64,000 nucleotides of DNA, from assembly GCF_009914755.1 (NCBI RefSeq), contig NC_060926.1. One strand, written 5' to 3'. The notes below the pieces were generated by a model that was given only the letters and a program-made list of their open reading frames with translations, was not told where the DNA came from and made no database searches. The DNA comes from the human T2T-CHM13v2.0 reference genome, Homo sapiens. A program made the position numbers and the translations under genes. Below are positions 1 through 14,239 of the stretch, in pieces. Position 1 is the stretch's first letter. Each line of letters opens with the position of its first letter.

Positions 1-99
1 GGCTAATGTGAATACTTTTTTAAAAATGACACTGCATAGCTCTAATCTAATCTATTCTTCCTCCTTAAATCCTCACCCACCTTTGAAAAAAAAACTAAC

Positions 100-1070
100 A
101 TCTTTTTATTGTGGAAAAAATCAAAATATACAAAAAGAAGAAATAGCAGTATGATTCTTAATTCTTTTTGTTTGTGTGTGTGTTTTTAGACAGGGTCACT
201 CTGTCACCCAGGCTGGAAGGCAGTGGTTTGATCACAACTCACTGCATCCTTGACCTCCTGGGTTCAAACGATCCTCCTGCCTCAGCTTCCTGAGTAGCTG
301 GGACCACAGATGTGTATCTCCATGCCTGGCTAATTTTAAAAATTTTTTGTAGAGATGGAGTCTCCCTATGTTGCCCAGGCTGGTCTCAAACTGCTGGGCT
401 GAAGTGATCTTCCCACCTTGGCCTCCCAAAGTGCTGGGACTATAGGCTTAAGCCACTGTGCCCAGCCAGTATGATCTGTGCCACCCCTTCCCCGGCTCCA
501 ACATCATCAACTTACAGCCAACCTTGTTTTGTTTATACCTTCACGCGCTCCCCACTCCCCCCAGGATTATTTTCAAGCAAATCCCATGTATTTCATCTGT
601 AAATATTTTAGTATATGTCTCTAAAAGGTAGTGACTTTTTATAAAGAAAACAATACCACACACATTAAACAACTTGACGTTAGTTCTCTAATATAATCAA
701 TTATTCAGTCAGTGTTCAAATGTCCCCATTTACCTCATAACTTTCTTTTTTGCAGTTTGTTTGTATCAAGAGCCAAATAAGTTGCATTTAGTTGATATGT
801 CTATAGGTCTGGGTTCTCTCTTTCTCTCTTTTTCTTCCTTGTAATACATTTCTTGAAGAAACTGGGTTGTTGTTGTTTTTTTCAGTCTGAATTTTCATTG
901 TACCTCCATGCAGTTTTTTAAAACATGTTCCTTTGTCCCCTGTATTTCCTGTAAATTAGTATTTGGGTCTAGAGTTTGACTTTTTGGTAAGAATGCATCA
1001 CAGAAGTGTTATATATTTCCATAATGAGGTATATAATGTCAAGTGATCTCTTTTCATAATGTTAGCAATA
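100..1070 (-). mobile_element. Old L1 (L1MC/ME-type) 3' end fragments, interrupted by an Alu
   Basis: ttttattgtggaaa..., aatcccatgtatttcatctgtaaatattttagtat... resemble L1M 3'UTR in reverse orientation. Confidence 0.55.
186..467 (-). mobile_element. AluJ-type SINE
   Basis: Reverse Alu dimer with J-type diagnostics; short agtatgat repeat on both sides. Confidence 0.9.
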
Positions 1071-2049
1071 TATTGTTTTTAAAGTTTAATGCTTGGGAAT
1101 TATCTATTTGCAATTTATTGGGAGACATTTCACTGTGGCCTCAAATACATGGGAGCACATGACATATATATTTGGAGTAATTTGAGAACAATACAACCTC
1201 ATATGTAATTAGGGTTAAATTCTGTTGTGCTGATTTTACTTGCTTTAATCTATTAGGAAAGGAAAGTTTAGCCAGACCTGGACTCCCTCAGACTGGGGAT
1301 ACATGTAGGATTGGTGTGCTCAATCCACACCCTTGACCCTGCTGCCTGGTCTCCTGCATGCAGCCTGGGAGCTGGAAAGAGTCTTCAGAGGAAAAGTGGT
1401 GCTTAGCAAAGCAAATCCAGCCTCTTTGTCTTAGTTGGAGTTCTCTCAAATGGATTTCTGGCCCCTCCTGTGAGGTGGGACTGGCAGATACCTTTTGTTG
1501 GAATTTCCCATGAGCTTAGAAGATTTTATGGCCCTCTCATCATAGCTGCTTATTGTCCTGCACCACCTCCTCACACCCCATGCAGCTAGTTTTTCTTCAG
1601 TCAGAATAAAATCACGTTTGTGCATCCTCAACAGTGGTCAATGAGAGTGGGTTTTTCCTCCAGTACTTTCACGTCACAGATGAGGGAGAGACTGCCCTAG
1701 GAGTACTGAGAGACTGAGGAAAGAGAAAGAGGATGGAAAGAACTGGGTGGGGAGGGAGACAGCGAGAGATCCAGCTGAACATCTGACAGAAAACAATCTG
1801 GCTGACGAGCGGAGGCGGACAATCCTGGTGTGTTGACTCAGCTGCATCCGTGTGCACCCTCTTGCTTCCCCTGCCCCAGAAGAAACACAAAGTGCTGCCA
1901 CTACTCTCTTTTCTCTCCATGCCAGCTCTTTCTTGGCGCACCTATCTGTTTCCTTTGCTGTAACTGCGCAGATTCCTTAAACTCTGTATCTGTGGCTTAT
2001 CTTCTAGACCAGATGTATTTTTGTCTGTTGGATATTCCCACATGAATAT

Positions 2050-2496
2050 CCCATTAATATTTTGTGGGGCAGACATTGTTTTCCTTCACCTACCTCTGCT
2101 ATAGAGGCTAGAAAAACAACATACTTATTTTCCCAATCTTCCTTCAGGTGAGGTGTCCATGTGGCACTGTCTGGCCAATGAGACATAGCAGAAGTCTACA
2201 GGAGGCTTCCAGGGAAGCTCTTGCTTTACCCGTGTATTTGATTTCCCCTTCCTCTCTTCTTTCTGCCTGGAGTTACTACCCGAGGCCCGGGCCTGTGGCA
2301 GCCATCTTGTAATCCCAGGAGCAAGTGCCCAGAGAAACACAGAGCCCCCAGTTCTGACTTTGTCCACCTGCTGAACCCAGATCAGTAGTTACCCACCTTC
2401 AGATTTTTGTTTTGTGAAGAAAAAAGCCCTATTTCTCTAAAGCATTCTTTGTTTGGTGTTCTATCATTTGCCATCAAAATGATCTCTAACCTAACA
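2050..2496 (+). mobile_element. Old MaLR solo LTR (MLT1J/K/L-like)
   Basis: tggccaatgagacatagcagaagtc, ggcagccatcttg and 3' end ...ctaacctaaca typical of MLT1. Confidence 0.6.
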
Positions 2497-2744
2497 GATT
2501 GATACTTGTCTAAAGTTGACCTCATCTTTTTTAGCCCTGCTCCCCATTTGTTTCTCCTTCTTGCTTTACTATTTTATTTATGATGTCATGACTTCCTCAT
2601 TCTCAGAACTTTGAAGTTATCTGCATTTTCCCTTTCCTATGTCCTTTTCCACATCTAACCAGTCACTAATTGTCTTGACTTTTATTCCACTTTTATTTCA
2701 GGGCCTTAGCATCTGGATCTCCCCGTTTTCTGTTTCCAGTCTGG

Positions 2745-3060
2745 AAAACATGATATAGTCAAATCAGCTTTGTCTTAGGATCAGCCAGACCTGGATTCAA
2801 ATTCTGTCACCTCTACCCTCTAGCTATGTGATCTTGGCCAAGTTATTAATCTTTTTGAATCTTTGTTTTCACATCTTCAAATGAGATTCCCAGTGCCTAC
2901 AGTAATGGCTATGTTGAGGTGTGTGAGCTAATGCAAACGTTGCGTGGTCATCTCTAGAGAGAAAATGTAGTGTAGAGGTTAAAAATTTAGGAGTCAGACT
3001 GTATAGGCTCAAACCCCAGTTTTAATTTTATTGATGGTGTAATTTTGGGCAAATTATTTG
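2745..3060 (+). mobile_element. MIR fragments
   Basis: gacctggattcaaattctg, tagctatgtgatcttggccaagtta MIR core. Confidence 0.65.
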
Positions 3061-3064
3061 GTTC

Positions 3065-4185
3065 TAGTAGTTACTTTATAGATTCATTGGGATTTTCCCT
3101 GTAGACAATCTTGAATGTGAATACTGGTAGTTTTACTTATTCTTTCTGATTTTTATGTCTTCTATTATTTATTTTTCTTGCCTTATTGCATTTGCCAGGA
3201 ATGCCAGGACAAAATTGAATAGAAGGGGTGAGAATGGATGCTCTTGTTTTGGTTATGATCTTATAAAAAATAGTTTGCTATTTTGCCACATTAGTTGTCT
3301 TTCATGTAGTTGTTTTTTTTTAGCAAATTCCCTTTTCTGAAATTATTGAGATGATTATATTATTTTTCTGTTTTATTCTGTAAATATAGTGAATTTACAT
3401 TGTCTGAATTTCAAATGTTAAGCCAACCTTGCCTTCCTAGAATAGATACTACTTTGTCAACATGCATTATACTTTTTATATATTACTTTATTCAACTTAC
3501 TAATATTTCATTAATGCTACTTTCATGTCAATTCATGAGGGATATTAGCCTATAACTTTCTTTTCTTATTTTAGTATCAGGATTATTCTGGCTTAATCAA
3601 GTGAATTAAGAAACATTTCCTTTTTTCCTATTTTTTCCCTCTATTTTTAAATGAACTTATATAAGATCAATGCTATTTATTTTACAAATGTCTTATAGAT
3701 GTCATCTGGGCCAGGAGTTTTCTATATGAAAAGCTTTTTAATGACAAATTCAAACTGTAATAGAGGACTGTTCAGATTTTCTTTTCATGTCAGTTTTTAT
3801 AGTTATTTCAAGGAGTTTGTCCATTTCATCTAAGTTATCAAATTTATTGACATAGAGTTGTTCATAGTATTCCTTATAATCCTTTTAATGCCATTAGGAT
3901 ATGTAGTGTTGTTCTGTCCTTTGTATCCCATATTGGTAATTTGTGTCTTTTTTTTTTAATTCATTCTTACTAGGAGCTTCCCAATTTTGTTAATATTTTA
4001 AAAGAAACAACTTTTAGTTGATTTACTGTTTTCTTTGAGAAATTTATTGATTTTTGCTCATTTTTTTTTCCTTTTTTCTCCTTACTTTGGGTTTAACTTA
4101 TTCTTCTTTTTCTGGCTTCTTAAAGTGGAAACTTAGTTGGTTAATTTTAACCTTTCTTCTTTACTAATATAAGCATTTCAGCTTC
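3065..4185 (-). mobile_element. L1M ORF2-region fragment
   Basis: T-rich antisense L1 ORF2 motifs (tcatgagggatattagcctat, ttgtccatttcatctaagtt). Confidence 0.75.
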
Positions 4186-5044
4186 AATTTCTCATTTTCA
4201 ACACAAGGAAGCACAGGTATTTTTTTATTCAGTATTTGTAAACTTAAACTATTTCTGCTGGAGAAGAACAATTAATCAAGCTGATACTGGGACCTCTTGA
4301 CTCCCTCAGCCTCAAGAATATACTTTGCAATGTGGTGAACAATATCCTCAACAACATTCCAACAGTGATTCAGCAGTGAGTTTCACAGGCTCTTTAAATA
4401 CAGCATAATTCTAAAGAAACATTAAGAAAGGGTAATTCTGCGAGGGGGCCAATATAATATACAGTTTTCAGGTGATCTGATTTAATCCAAGGAAAGATTG
4501 TAGTATATTTTAGAAATAGATGGATTGTGTTTCTTACTGAAAATCCACTATAAATATTGTTTTTTCGCATTTGAGCCGTTAACAATGATTATGATTGAGT
4601 TGCAATGACTTTGAAGTAATATTTTCCAATAGATACCTGGAATCATTCTATTCTGTGTTGTTGGCTGAATGAAGAGTAATAAGGCTTTGGTGTCAGCCAA
4701 ACTGGGGGAAAATTACATTCTTGTTTGGCTATCATTTGACCTTTATATTCCATTGCTTTATTTCATTTCATGTATAATTTGGTAGCCAAACAAGAATGTG
4801 TAACTTAATGGTGTTCCGTCTCTTCTCTGTGAGGATGTGGGGGCACGGGTGTATTCTCAAGGAGGAATATTGGTGCCACTCTAACAAATAGACAAATGGT
4901 GGTCAAGAGCCCACAGGTAATGCTACAGAACATAGCCCCTCTAATTGCAACTGTGGAAACCAAGGGACATATGTTAATTGCACTGGAGTAATCTTAAAAT
5001 GCTTATCCGTGAGTGAAATAATTTTCTAAAAACACTTTTATTGA

Positions 5045-5429
<385 letters not shown>

Positions 5430-5950
5430 TGAAAAGTTCAAGAAACCCCCCCTTAATTAAATGGAGAAATAATTTTTATAGGCCCTTAGAAAAGACTTAA
5501 TAGTTGAGATGTTGAAAACAAATAGAAAAGATCTTTGATGAGAAGCAGATATTACTCACAACTTAGTAACTTGATTCTTGGTATTATGTGAAATTTCAAT
5601 TCTGTTTATACCCTGGATGAAGGCATTAATGTTTTCCCTTGTGTTTGGGGCAGCGTTAGAACAGCCTTATTCTTCTAGTCATTAATTTTTCATCTTCATT
5701 GAGGCACAATTGACAAGTAAAAATTGTATAACTTTAAGATGTATGACTTGTTGCTTTGGTGTATGTATACATTGTGAAATAATTGCCACAATCAAGCTAA
5801 TTAACATATTCATCACCTCATATAGTTACCTAGTATGTGTGTGTGGTGAGAACACTTAAGATCTACTCTCTTAGCAAATTGCAGTTTGAAATACAGTATT
5901 GTTAACTATGTTCACATTGTTGTATATTAGATCTCCTGAACGTATTCATC

Positions 5951-6257
5951 TTTTAATTTTAATTTTAATTTTATTTTTTGAGATAGGATCTCACTCTGTC
6001 ACCCAGGCTAGAGTGCAGTGGCACAATCATAGCTAAGTGTAGCTTTGAATTCCTGGCTCAAGCGATCCCTCTGCCTTGGCTTCCCAAGTAGCTGGGACTA
6101 TAGGCACCTACCACCATGCCTGGAAAATTTTTTATTTTTAGTAGAGACATGGTCTTGCTGTGTTGCCCAGGCTGCTCAAACCCCTGGGCTTAAGCAATCC
6201 TCCTACCTTGGCCTGCCAAAGTGCTGGGATTACAGGCAGGAGCCACTGTGTCCAGCC
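5951..6257 (-). mobile_element. AluJ-type SINE
   Basis: Reverse Alu dimer with (ttttaa)n tail inside the L1. Confidence 0.9.
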
Positions 6258-6773
6258 CAGAATTTATTTCTCTCTCATAACTGAAACTTTGTACCCCTTG
6301 ACCAATATCTCCCCATTTCCCCTTCCCTTCAGCTCCCGGCAACCATCTTCTACTCTCTGCTTCTAGGAGTTTGAATATTTTAGATTCTATATGTAAGTAA
6401 GATCATGCGGTATTTGTATTTCTGTGCCTGGCTTGTTTCACTTAGCGTACTGTCCTTTAGGTTCATCCATGTTGTCACAAATACCAAGGTTTCCTTTATT
6501 TTTAAGATGGAATAATATAATAATATTCATTGTGTATATATACACCACATTTTCTTTTTCCATTAATCTGTCAACAGACATTTAGGTTGTTTTCTTTCTT
6601 GGTTATTGTGAATAATGCTGCAATAAACAGAGAAATGCAGATATCTCTTCAAGATACTCATTTCATTTCCTTTGAATATGTACCCAGACATGGGCTTGCT
6701 GCATCGTAAAGTAGTTCTAATCTTAATTTTGAGGAACCTCCATAAGTTTTCAATAACATACTAATTTACATTC

Positions 6774-9086
6774 TGTATTAGTCTGTTTTCATGCTGCTGA
6801 GAAAGACATACCTGAGATGGGGTAATTTATGAAGAAAAAGAGGTTTAATGGACTCATAGTTCCATGTGTCTGGGGAGGCCTTATAATCATGGCAGAAGGT
6901 GAAAGGCATGTCTTACATTAGTGGCAGGCAAGGGAGAGAAAGAACCAAGCAAAAGGGGTTTCCCTTTATAATACCATCAGATCTCATGAGACTTATCCAC
7001 TATCACAAGAACAGAATTGGGGAAGCTGCCCCCATGATTCAGTTATCTCCCACCGGGTCCCCTCCCACAACACAAGGGAATTATGGGAGCTACAATTCAA
7101 GATAGATTTGGGTGGGGACACAGCCAAACCATATCATTCTGCCCCAGCCTCTCCCAAATCTCATGTCCTCACATTTCAAAATCAATCATGCCTTCCCAAC
7201 TGTTCCCCAGTGTTAACTCATTTCAGCATTAACTGAAAAGTCCACAGTCCAAAGTCTCATCTGAGACAAGGCAAGTCCCTTCTGCCTATGAGGCTGTAAA
7301 ATCAAAAGCAAGTTAGTTACTTCCTAGATACAATGGGGTTACAGGTATTGGGTAAATACTGCCATTCCGAATGGGAGAAATTGGCCAAAACAAAGGAGCC
7401 ACAGGCTGCATGCAAGTCCAAAATCCAGTGGGGCAGTCAAATCTTAAGACTCCAAATGATCTCTGTTGACTCCACATCTCACATCCAGGTCACGCTGATG
7501 CAAGAGGTAGGTCCCCATGGTCTTGGGCAGCCTGGCCCCTGTGGCTTTGCAGGGTACAGCCTCCTTCCCGGCTGCTTTTAGGGGCTGATGTTGAGTGTCT
7601 GTGGCTTTTCCAGGCACATAGTGCAAGCTGTTGGTGGATCTACCATTCTGGGGTTTGGAGGACAGTGGTCCTCTTCTCACAGCTCTGCTAGGCAGTGACC
7701 CAGTAGCGACTCTGAGTAGGGGCTTCAATCCCACATTTCCCTTCTGCATTGCCCTAGCAGGGGTTCTCCATGAGGGCCCTGCCCCTGCAGCAAGCTTCTG
7801 CCTGGACATCCAGTTCCATACATCCCCCAAAATCTAGGAGGAAGTTTCCAAACCTCAGTTCTTGACTTCTGAACACCTGTAGGTTCAACACCATGTGGAA
7901 GCTGCCAAGGCTGGAGGCTTGCACCCTCTGAAGCTTTGGCCTAAGCTGTACCTCGGCCCCTTTTAGCCATGGATAGAGCAGCTGGGACAGCTGGGACAAA
8001 GGGCACCAAGTCCCTAGGCCGCACACAGCAGGGGGGCCCTGGGCCCAGCCCACGAAACCACTTTTTCCTCCTAGGCCTCCAGGCCATTGATGGGAAGGGC
8101 TGCTGCAAAGGTCTCTGACGTGCCCTGGAGACGTTTTTCTCCATTGTCTTGCTGACTAACATTTGGCTCCTCATTACTTATGCAAATTTCTGCAGGCAGC
8201 ATGAATTTCTCCTCAGAAAATGGGCTTTTCTTTTCTATTGCATCATTGGGCTGTGAATTTCCCGAACTTTTATGCTCTGTTTCCCTTTTAAAACTGAATG
8301 TTTTTAATCCCCCCAAGTCATTTCTTGAGTGCTTTGCCACTTTGAAATTTCTTCTGCTAGATACCCTAAATCATCCCCCTCAAATTCAAAGTTCCACAAA
8401 TCTCTAGGGCATGGGCAAAATGCTGCCAGTTTCTTTGCTAAAACATAGCAAGAGTCACCTTTTCTCCAGTTCCCAAAAAGTTCCTCGCCTCCTTCTGAGA
8501 CCACATCAGCCTGGATTTCATTGTTTATATCATTATCAACATTTTGGTCAAAGCCATTCAACAAGTCACTAGGGAGTTCCAAACTTTCCCACATTTTCCT
8601 GTCTTCTTCTGAGCCCTCCAAACTATTCCAACTTCTGCCTGTTACCCAGTTCCAAAGTCGCTTCCACATTTTCAGCTATCTTTTCAGCAGCACCCCACTC
8701 TCCTGGTACCAATTTACTGTATTAGTCTCTGTTTATGCTGCTGATAAAGACATATCCGAGACTGGTTAATTTATAAAGAAAAAAAGGTTTAATGGACTCA
8801 CAATTCCACGTGGCTGGGGAGGCCTCACAATCATGGCAGAAGGTGAAAGGCACGTCTTATATTGGCGGCAGGCAAGAGAGAGAATTAGAACCAAGCAGAA
8901 GCGTTTTTTTCCCTTTATAAAACCATCAGATGTTGTGAGACTTATCCACTACCACAAGAACAGTATGGGGGAAACTGCTCCCATGATTCAATTATCTCCT
9001 GCCAGGTCCCGTCCCGCAACACATAGGGATTATGGGAGCTACAATTCAAGATGAGATTTGGGTGAGGACACAGCCAAACCATATCA
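6774..9086 (-). mobile_element. Full-length THE1 (MaLR) element: LTR 6774-7136, internal 7137-8717, LTR 8718-9086
   Basis: Two LTRs reading tgtattagtc...cagccaaaccatatca, about 1.58 kb of THE1-int between them, and a 5-bp TSD CATTC (6769-6773, 9087-9091). Confidence 0.95.
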
Positions 9087-9694
9087 CATTCCCACCAACA
9101 GTGCACAGAGGTTCCCTTTTCTCCATGTCCTCAATGACACTTGTTATTTTATGTCTTTCTGGTAATAGCCATTCTAACAGGTGTGACATTGTTTTTCACT
9201 GTAGTTTTGATTTGCATTTCTCTGATGATTAGTAATGTTGAGCACCTTTTCATACACCTGTTCACCATTTGTTTGTCTTCTTTGGAAATATGTCTATTCA
9301 GGTGTTTTGCCTGTTAAAAAAGTCAGATTACTTGTTTTTTTGGTATCAAATTATATAGGTTCCTTATGTATTTTGAATATTAACCCTTTATCAGATATAT
9401 CACTTGCAAATATTTTCTCCCATTTTATAGGTTGAATTTTTTATTGTATTGATTGTTTTGCTGTGCAGTCATTAGTTATTTACTGGACCTGTTACAGCAA
9501 AAGCTGGGTTCTTGAATTTTACATGTTTTCTTTATCGACTCTTTAAAGAAACTTGGAATATAGAAAAGTTCCATATTCAGTGTCCCTTGCCATTCCTTTT
9601 GTCACTCTTCTACCTGCCTCATACTGTCTTCCATCTTCCCCCACCCAAATGTGTTGTAGGAAAAGGATCTGATTGTAGTAATTTACTTTCCTAC

Positions 9695-10185
9695 TGTCAT
9701 TCACTCATTCATTTAGAGATTTTACTATCTGCTTACCATGTGCCAGTCACTCTTGCTGGGTATACATTAGTGAGAAAAACTGTCAAAGGCCCTGACCTCA
9801 CGAATTGAAATTCTAGGTGGGAAGACATTCATTCATTCAGTCAGTCTTCAAAAAACGATTTATGGGGTACCTAGTATGTGCCAGATGCTGTTCTAGCTGG
9901 TAAGGAATACAGTGGTGATAGAATAGGAGAAGTTAGATGGTAATAAATGCTATGAAGCCAAAGATAAGAGAATATGGAGGTAGAGGAACAGACGGTAAAC
10001 AAATACAGACAAAACTGCACTACTGTGTCAGGCAGTGATAAGAGCAGTGAAGGAAAATCAAGGAGAGAAAAGGGGAAGAGACTGAGGGGTAGTGTTATTT
10101 TAGAGAGGGTGGTCAGAGAGGTCTTTCTGTAGAAGTGATATTTGACCAAAGACCTTGAATGAACTGAGAGGTCACCTAGTTTGAA
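9695..10185 (-). mobile_element. L2 3' fragments
   Basis: cattcattcattca tail and tatgtgccag.. motifs. Confidence 0.65.
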
Positions 10186-10532
10186 TTTAGATCAGTGTAA
10201 TCCAGACTTTACTAAATAGGTGGATGAGGTATTTTACAGAACAGAGGTCGGGCTGGTTAGTGCCTGTGGTGCAAACACAGGCTGAATCAATGCAGCACTG
10301 CCCTTTTGTTTGGTAACAAGGCCTTTTTTTGGGAAAGTACCCATAGACTACTAACTGCTTTTGTTGATGTAATAGACAAGTAGCTTCACAAAACAATGAA
10401 AGGGATAGATGAAGTCCTTTTGGAATTTTGGTTTATCCTTTAAATGTTATTATGACTTAAAGATGTGAAAAATATGTTTCACTTTAGTTTTTTCTGATAA
10501 TAATTTTCAGGAAAAAGAAAGCTACACCTAGA

Positions 10533-10616
10533 GAACTGATAAGTACCATTCAGACCAGGAAAGGTACTATCATTGAACTGATAAGTACCATTCAGACCAG
10601 GAAAGGTACTATCATT
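10533..10616. repeat. Perfect 42-bp tandem duplication
   Basis: gaactgataagtaccattcagaccaggaaaggtactatcatt at 10533-10574 and 10575-10616, identical. Confidence 0.97.
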
Positions 10617-12413
10617 TAAATGGAGTTGTAAAGATACTGTTTGTGTGCTTTTGATCATGGATGCTGATGATTACAGCATGGTGGTGTCCTCATTCCCATC
10701 CTACCCATGGAATTTTGGTTTTCATATTTAACCAGTTTAGTTTCACTAGTGATGAATTTGTCTGGTACCTCTGTTGGATCAGTGTCTTAGCCAGGCCTTG
10801 AAGGCAAATGTGCTAGAGCAGGAAAGTGGTCCTGGATACCTAGAAATTCCAACAATTTCTCATTTGAAGGATTTCTTTGCTGTTATTCCACCATCTGCCT
10901 TTTGATAATGCTTTTGTATTGAATTTTTATCATATTTTATTCATAGATGAATTCAGTGATATAGCAGTATGTTTTAAAAGTTTTTCATGTCAAAAACTGA
11001 AGGTAACTTGAGAATACTAAGTCTCTGTTGTGATGTTAGGGCACCATATGTACATTAGACTTATGAATATTCCCTGATGGTATTTGAAAGTCTAGGTTGC
11101 AGAGTTAGAACTATGTAGTTAGCATCCAGGTTTTACATTCTATTTACCAAAAATAATTTAAAAACCTAGATTAGGTGTCCTTGTTTAATTACGTAAATCA
11201 TCAGATCATAAATAAGGGAGCCTTCTATTGATACAAAGTGTGCAGCTATAGAACATACCAAGAGAACCATAATGAGGCAGCTTCATCTATAAGGCATAGC
11301 CAAATCTGGATGTCCAACTGGTTGAATGTGAATAGAATATAATTTTATTGTGCTCTTTTATCTCCTTGCGCTGTAGCTGTACATTATCAGCTTGTGAATG
11401 AACCTTATCTGTTCCTCAATTGAATTTTACATTATCTCTGTTGCTTTGCTTCTTACCTTTTCAGCACTTCACTGGATATTTATCTTAACAACTTTAGAGG
11501 TTCATTTTAGAATTCAACATTTAACAGGTCATGGATGTCAAAGCAATTCTAATTTTAAAGAGCCCTTGGTGTTCAGACGATTAATATATTTTTGTCTCTG
11601 TGACTGGAAGTTCTAATCCTAAATATCCACAGGAGAAATGAGCAATGAAACTGCTTCTCGGAGGAACTTACAGGAATAAAAAATGGACATTACTTAGCCC
11701 TAGTATTGTTTTGAGTTATATGAAATATCATAAAGTGGTTGATTTGCAAAACTGAAATAATTTTAAAATGTATATATGATTAATCACCTTTAGGGAAATA
11801 GTGTAGGTATTGATGAGAAGGGAGAGTGAACAATAATAAAATAAAAACAACAAAATGGAATGATTTTTTAAAAACTGGAAAATTATTTAAAAGAAAACTG
11901 TTCTTCCATTTTAGTTGAACTAAAACCTTGATTTTCTTTTTTTTTTTTTAATTTACCTACAATTGATTTTTATCTGCCTATAAAGAGTTTTGTGGTCAAA
12001 TTCTGCCACATAAGAATACCTCTACAAATAGAATATATTTGAGTATATTTCTTTTGAATTGGGAAAAGCAACACAGGTATACAATTGATTTTATGTACTG
12101 AATTATATTTATTCATATCATTATACAGGAAAGAAACTTCATTGATAGGGCTTTGATTTCATAGGATTGATATTGTAGTGACTGAAAAAATTTAGAAAAT
12201 AACAAATTAGTAATAAGTGAAATTATAGGGGAAAAGGAAAACTTTTTTTTTTAAAGCTTACTAATGTTTAGATGCTAAACCAGATATCTGAGACAGCACT
12301 ATGACTCTTCTTAACATGAGTGACATGTGACATAATTGCTACCAACACATCCCTTCCTCTTTCGGTTTGTGAGGGTTGCTGCTAGATTGCATCTGAGATG
12401 TCACAGTGTATGT

Positions 12414-12469
12414 ACACACACACACACACACACACACACACCCGACACACACCGCACACATATACACAC
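12414..12469. repeat. (CA)n microsatellite, interrupted 3' part
   Basis: About 14 pure AC units followed by degenerate units. Confidence 0.95.
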
Positions 12470-13300
12470 CAGCTTCTTTCTGAGAGAGTTACCAATTAAC
12501 ATGTGTTGACATATCTTTATCCTTCCCAGGAGGAAAGTGGCAGGAGCTTGTGAAAAGTTACAGGCTATGATTTAAACTATGTTGTAATTGGACCAAATAA
12601 AATAATTTCTGGCTTATAATTATTAATTTATTGCTATAAACTCTATCACCAGGAATAACAGGTCTTAACATTTTTAGCATATTTTCCTGCAGTATTTTTT
12701 TTGTGTGGGTGTTTTTTAATGTGTTTGAGCTTGAACTTTATGACTTTATACCTTTTAAAATGAACTTTATAGGATGATCATTTCCCAGGTTATTAACAGT
12801 TCTTTATAAATATAATTCGTATTGGCTGAAATTATACAGATCATGTGGCTTAAGTTTTTCCTTATTGTTGGACAACTAAGACATTTGAAAATGATTGTTG
12901 CTGTTATAAATAATGGAATAATGTTTTATATTAAAAATTTCTTGTGTTTTAGATACCTCCTTAGGATGGAGAGATATCTATAGAACTAAAATTAGTTAAT
13001 GTAAGTTAAGAGATTTAAGGTTTTTAACATATTTTTAAATTACTTTTCATAAAGACAGTAAGAAGCTATTATTGATATTTTAGAAATAAGGAATTTGAGG
13101 TCTGGAAAAGTTAAATTACTCGTCCAGGGTCACATAGCTGCTAAGTGCTAGGGACCACTGGGGAATTGGAACCCCAGTCCTTTTCCACTGTAAGTGTTTC
13201 AAGTGTGTTCCTTGGAATATTAGTAGATAGGGCAAGGAAAAAAGGGCTTATGAGAAAAAATTTGGAAATGTCAAGTTAAAGCTTTTTAAAAAAATCCTCA

Positions 13301-13689
<389 letters not shown>

Positions 13690-13940
13690 TTATGGTGATG
13701 AAAGCAGACTTTTGATGAGAAGTTGAGGTTCATATTCTACTGGCCCCATACAGAAACTCTTTAATTCAGGACCCATAAACATCTAACATTAATCCCTTTA
13801 GGTAAGATTAAATGACCAAAGAGGAATGGTTTAGTGACATAATTAAAATCTTACTAAATTCAGCCCCTTGAGATTTTAGATAGAAAAGTAACACAAATTG
13901 AGCTAATAACAATAATTTAAAAATTATCTTTTAAAAACGG

Positions 13941-14236
13941 TTTATTTATTTGAGACGAAGTTGCACTCTTGTTGCCCAGGCTGGAGTGCAGTGGTGCAAT
14001 CTCGGCTCACTGCAACCTCTGCCTCTCAGTTCAAGCGATTCTCCTGCCTCAGCCTCCCAAGTAGCTGGGATTACATGTGTGCACCACCACGCCCAGCTAC
14101 TATTTTTGTATTTTTAGTAGAGACAGGGTTTCACCGTGTTGGCCAGGTTTGTCTCGAACTCCTGACCTCAGGTGATCTGCCCACCTCGGCCTCCCAAAGT
14201 GCTGGGATTACAGGCGTGAGCTACTGCGCCTGGCCT
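13941..14236 (-). mobile_element. AluS SINE
   Basis: Full reverse Alu dimer. Confidence 0.93.
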
Positions 14237-14239
14237 AAA

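Larger units (their letters stand above)
5685..9470 (-). mobile_element. L1MA/MB 3' end, split by AluJ (5951-6257) and THE1 (6774-9086)
   Basis: Antisense L1 3'UTR/ORF2 end; the canonical actaatttacattc|ccaccaacagtg is interrupted exactly by the THE1. Confidence 0.85.

Noticed and set aside
4233-4375. Possible 143-nt cryptic exon (ttttttattcag| ... GCA|gtgagt), same length as the real exon
   Set aside because: No similarity to the real exon, an early stop in the phase-2 frame and a weak donor context; the length match is most likely chance.
10533-10616. CRISPR-like palindromic direct repeat
   Set aside because: Only two abutting copies, no spacer, eukaryotic context.
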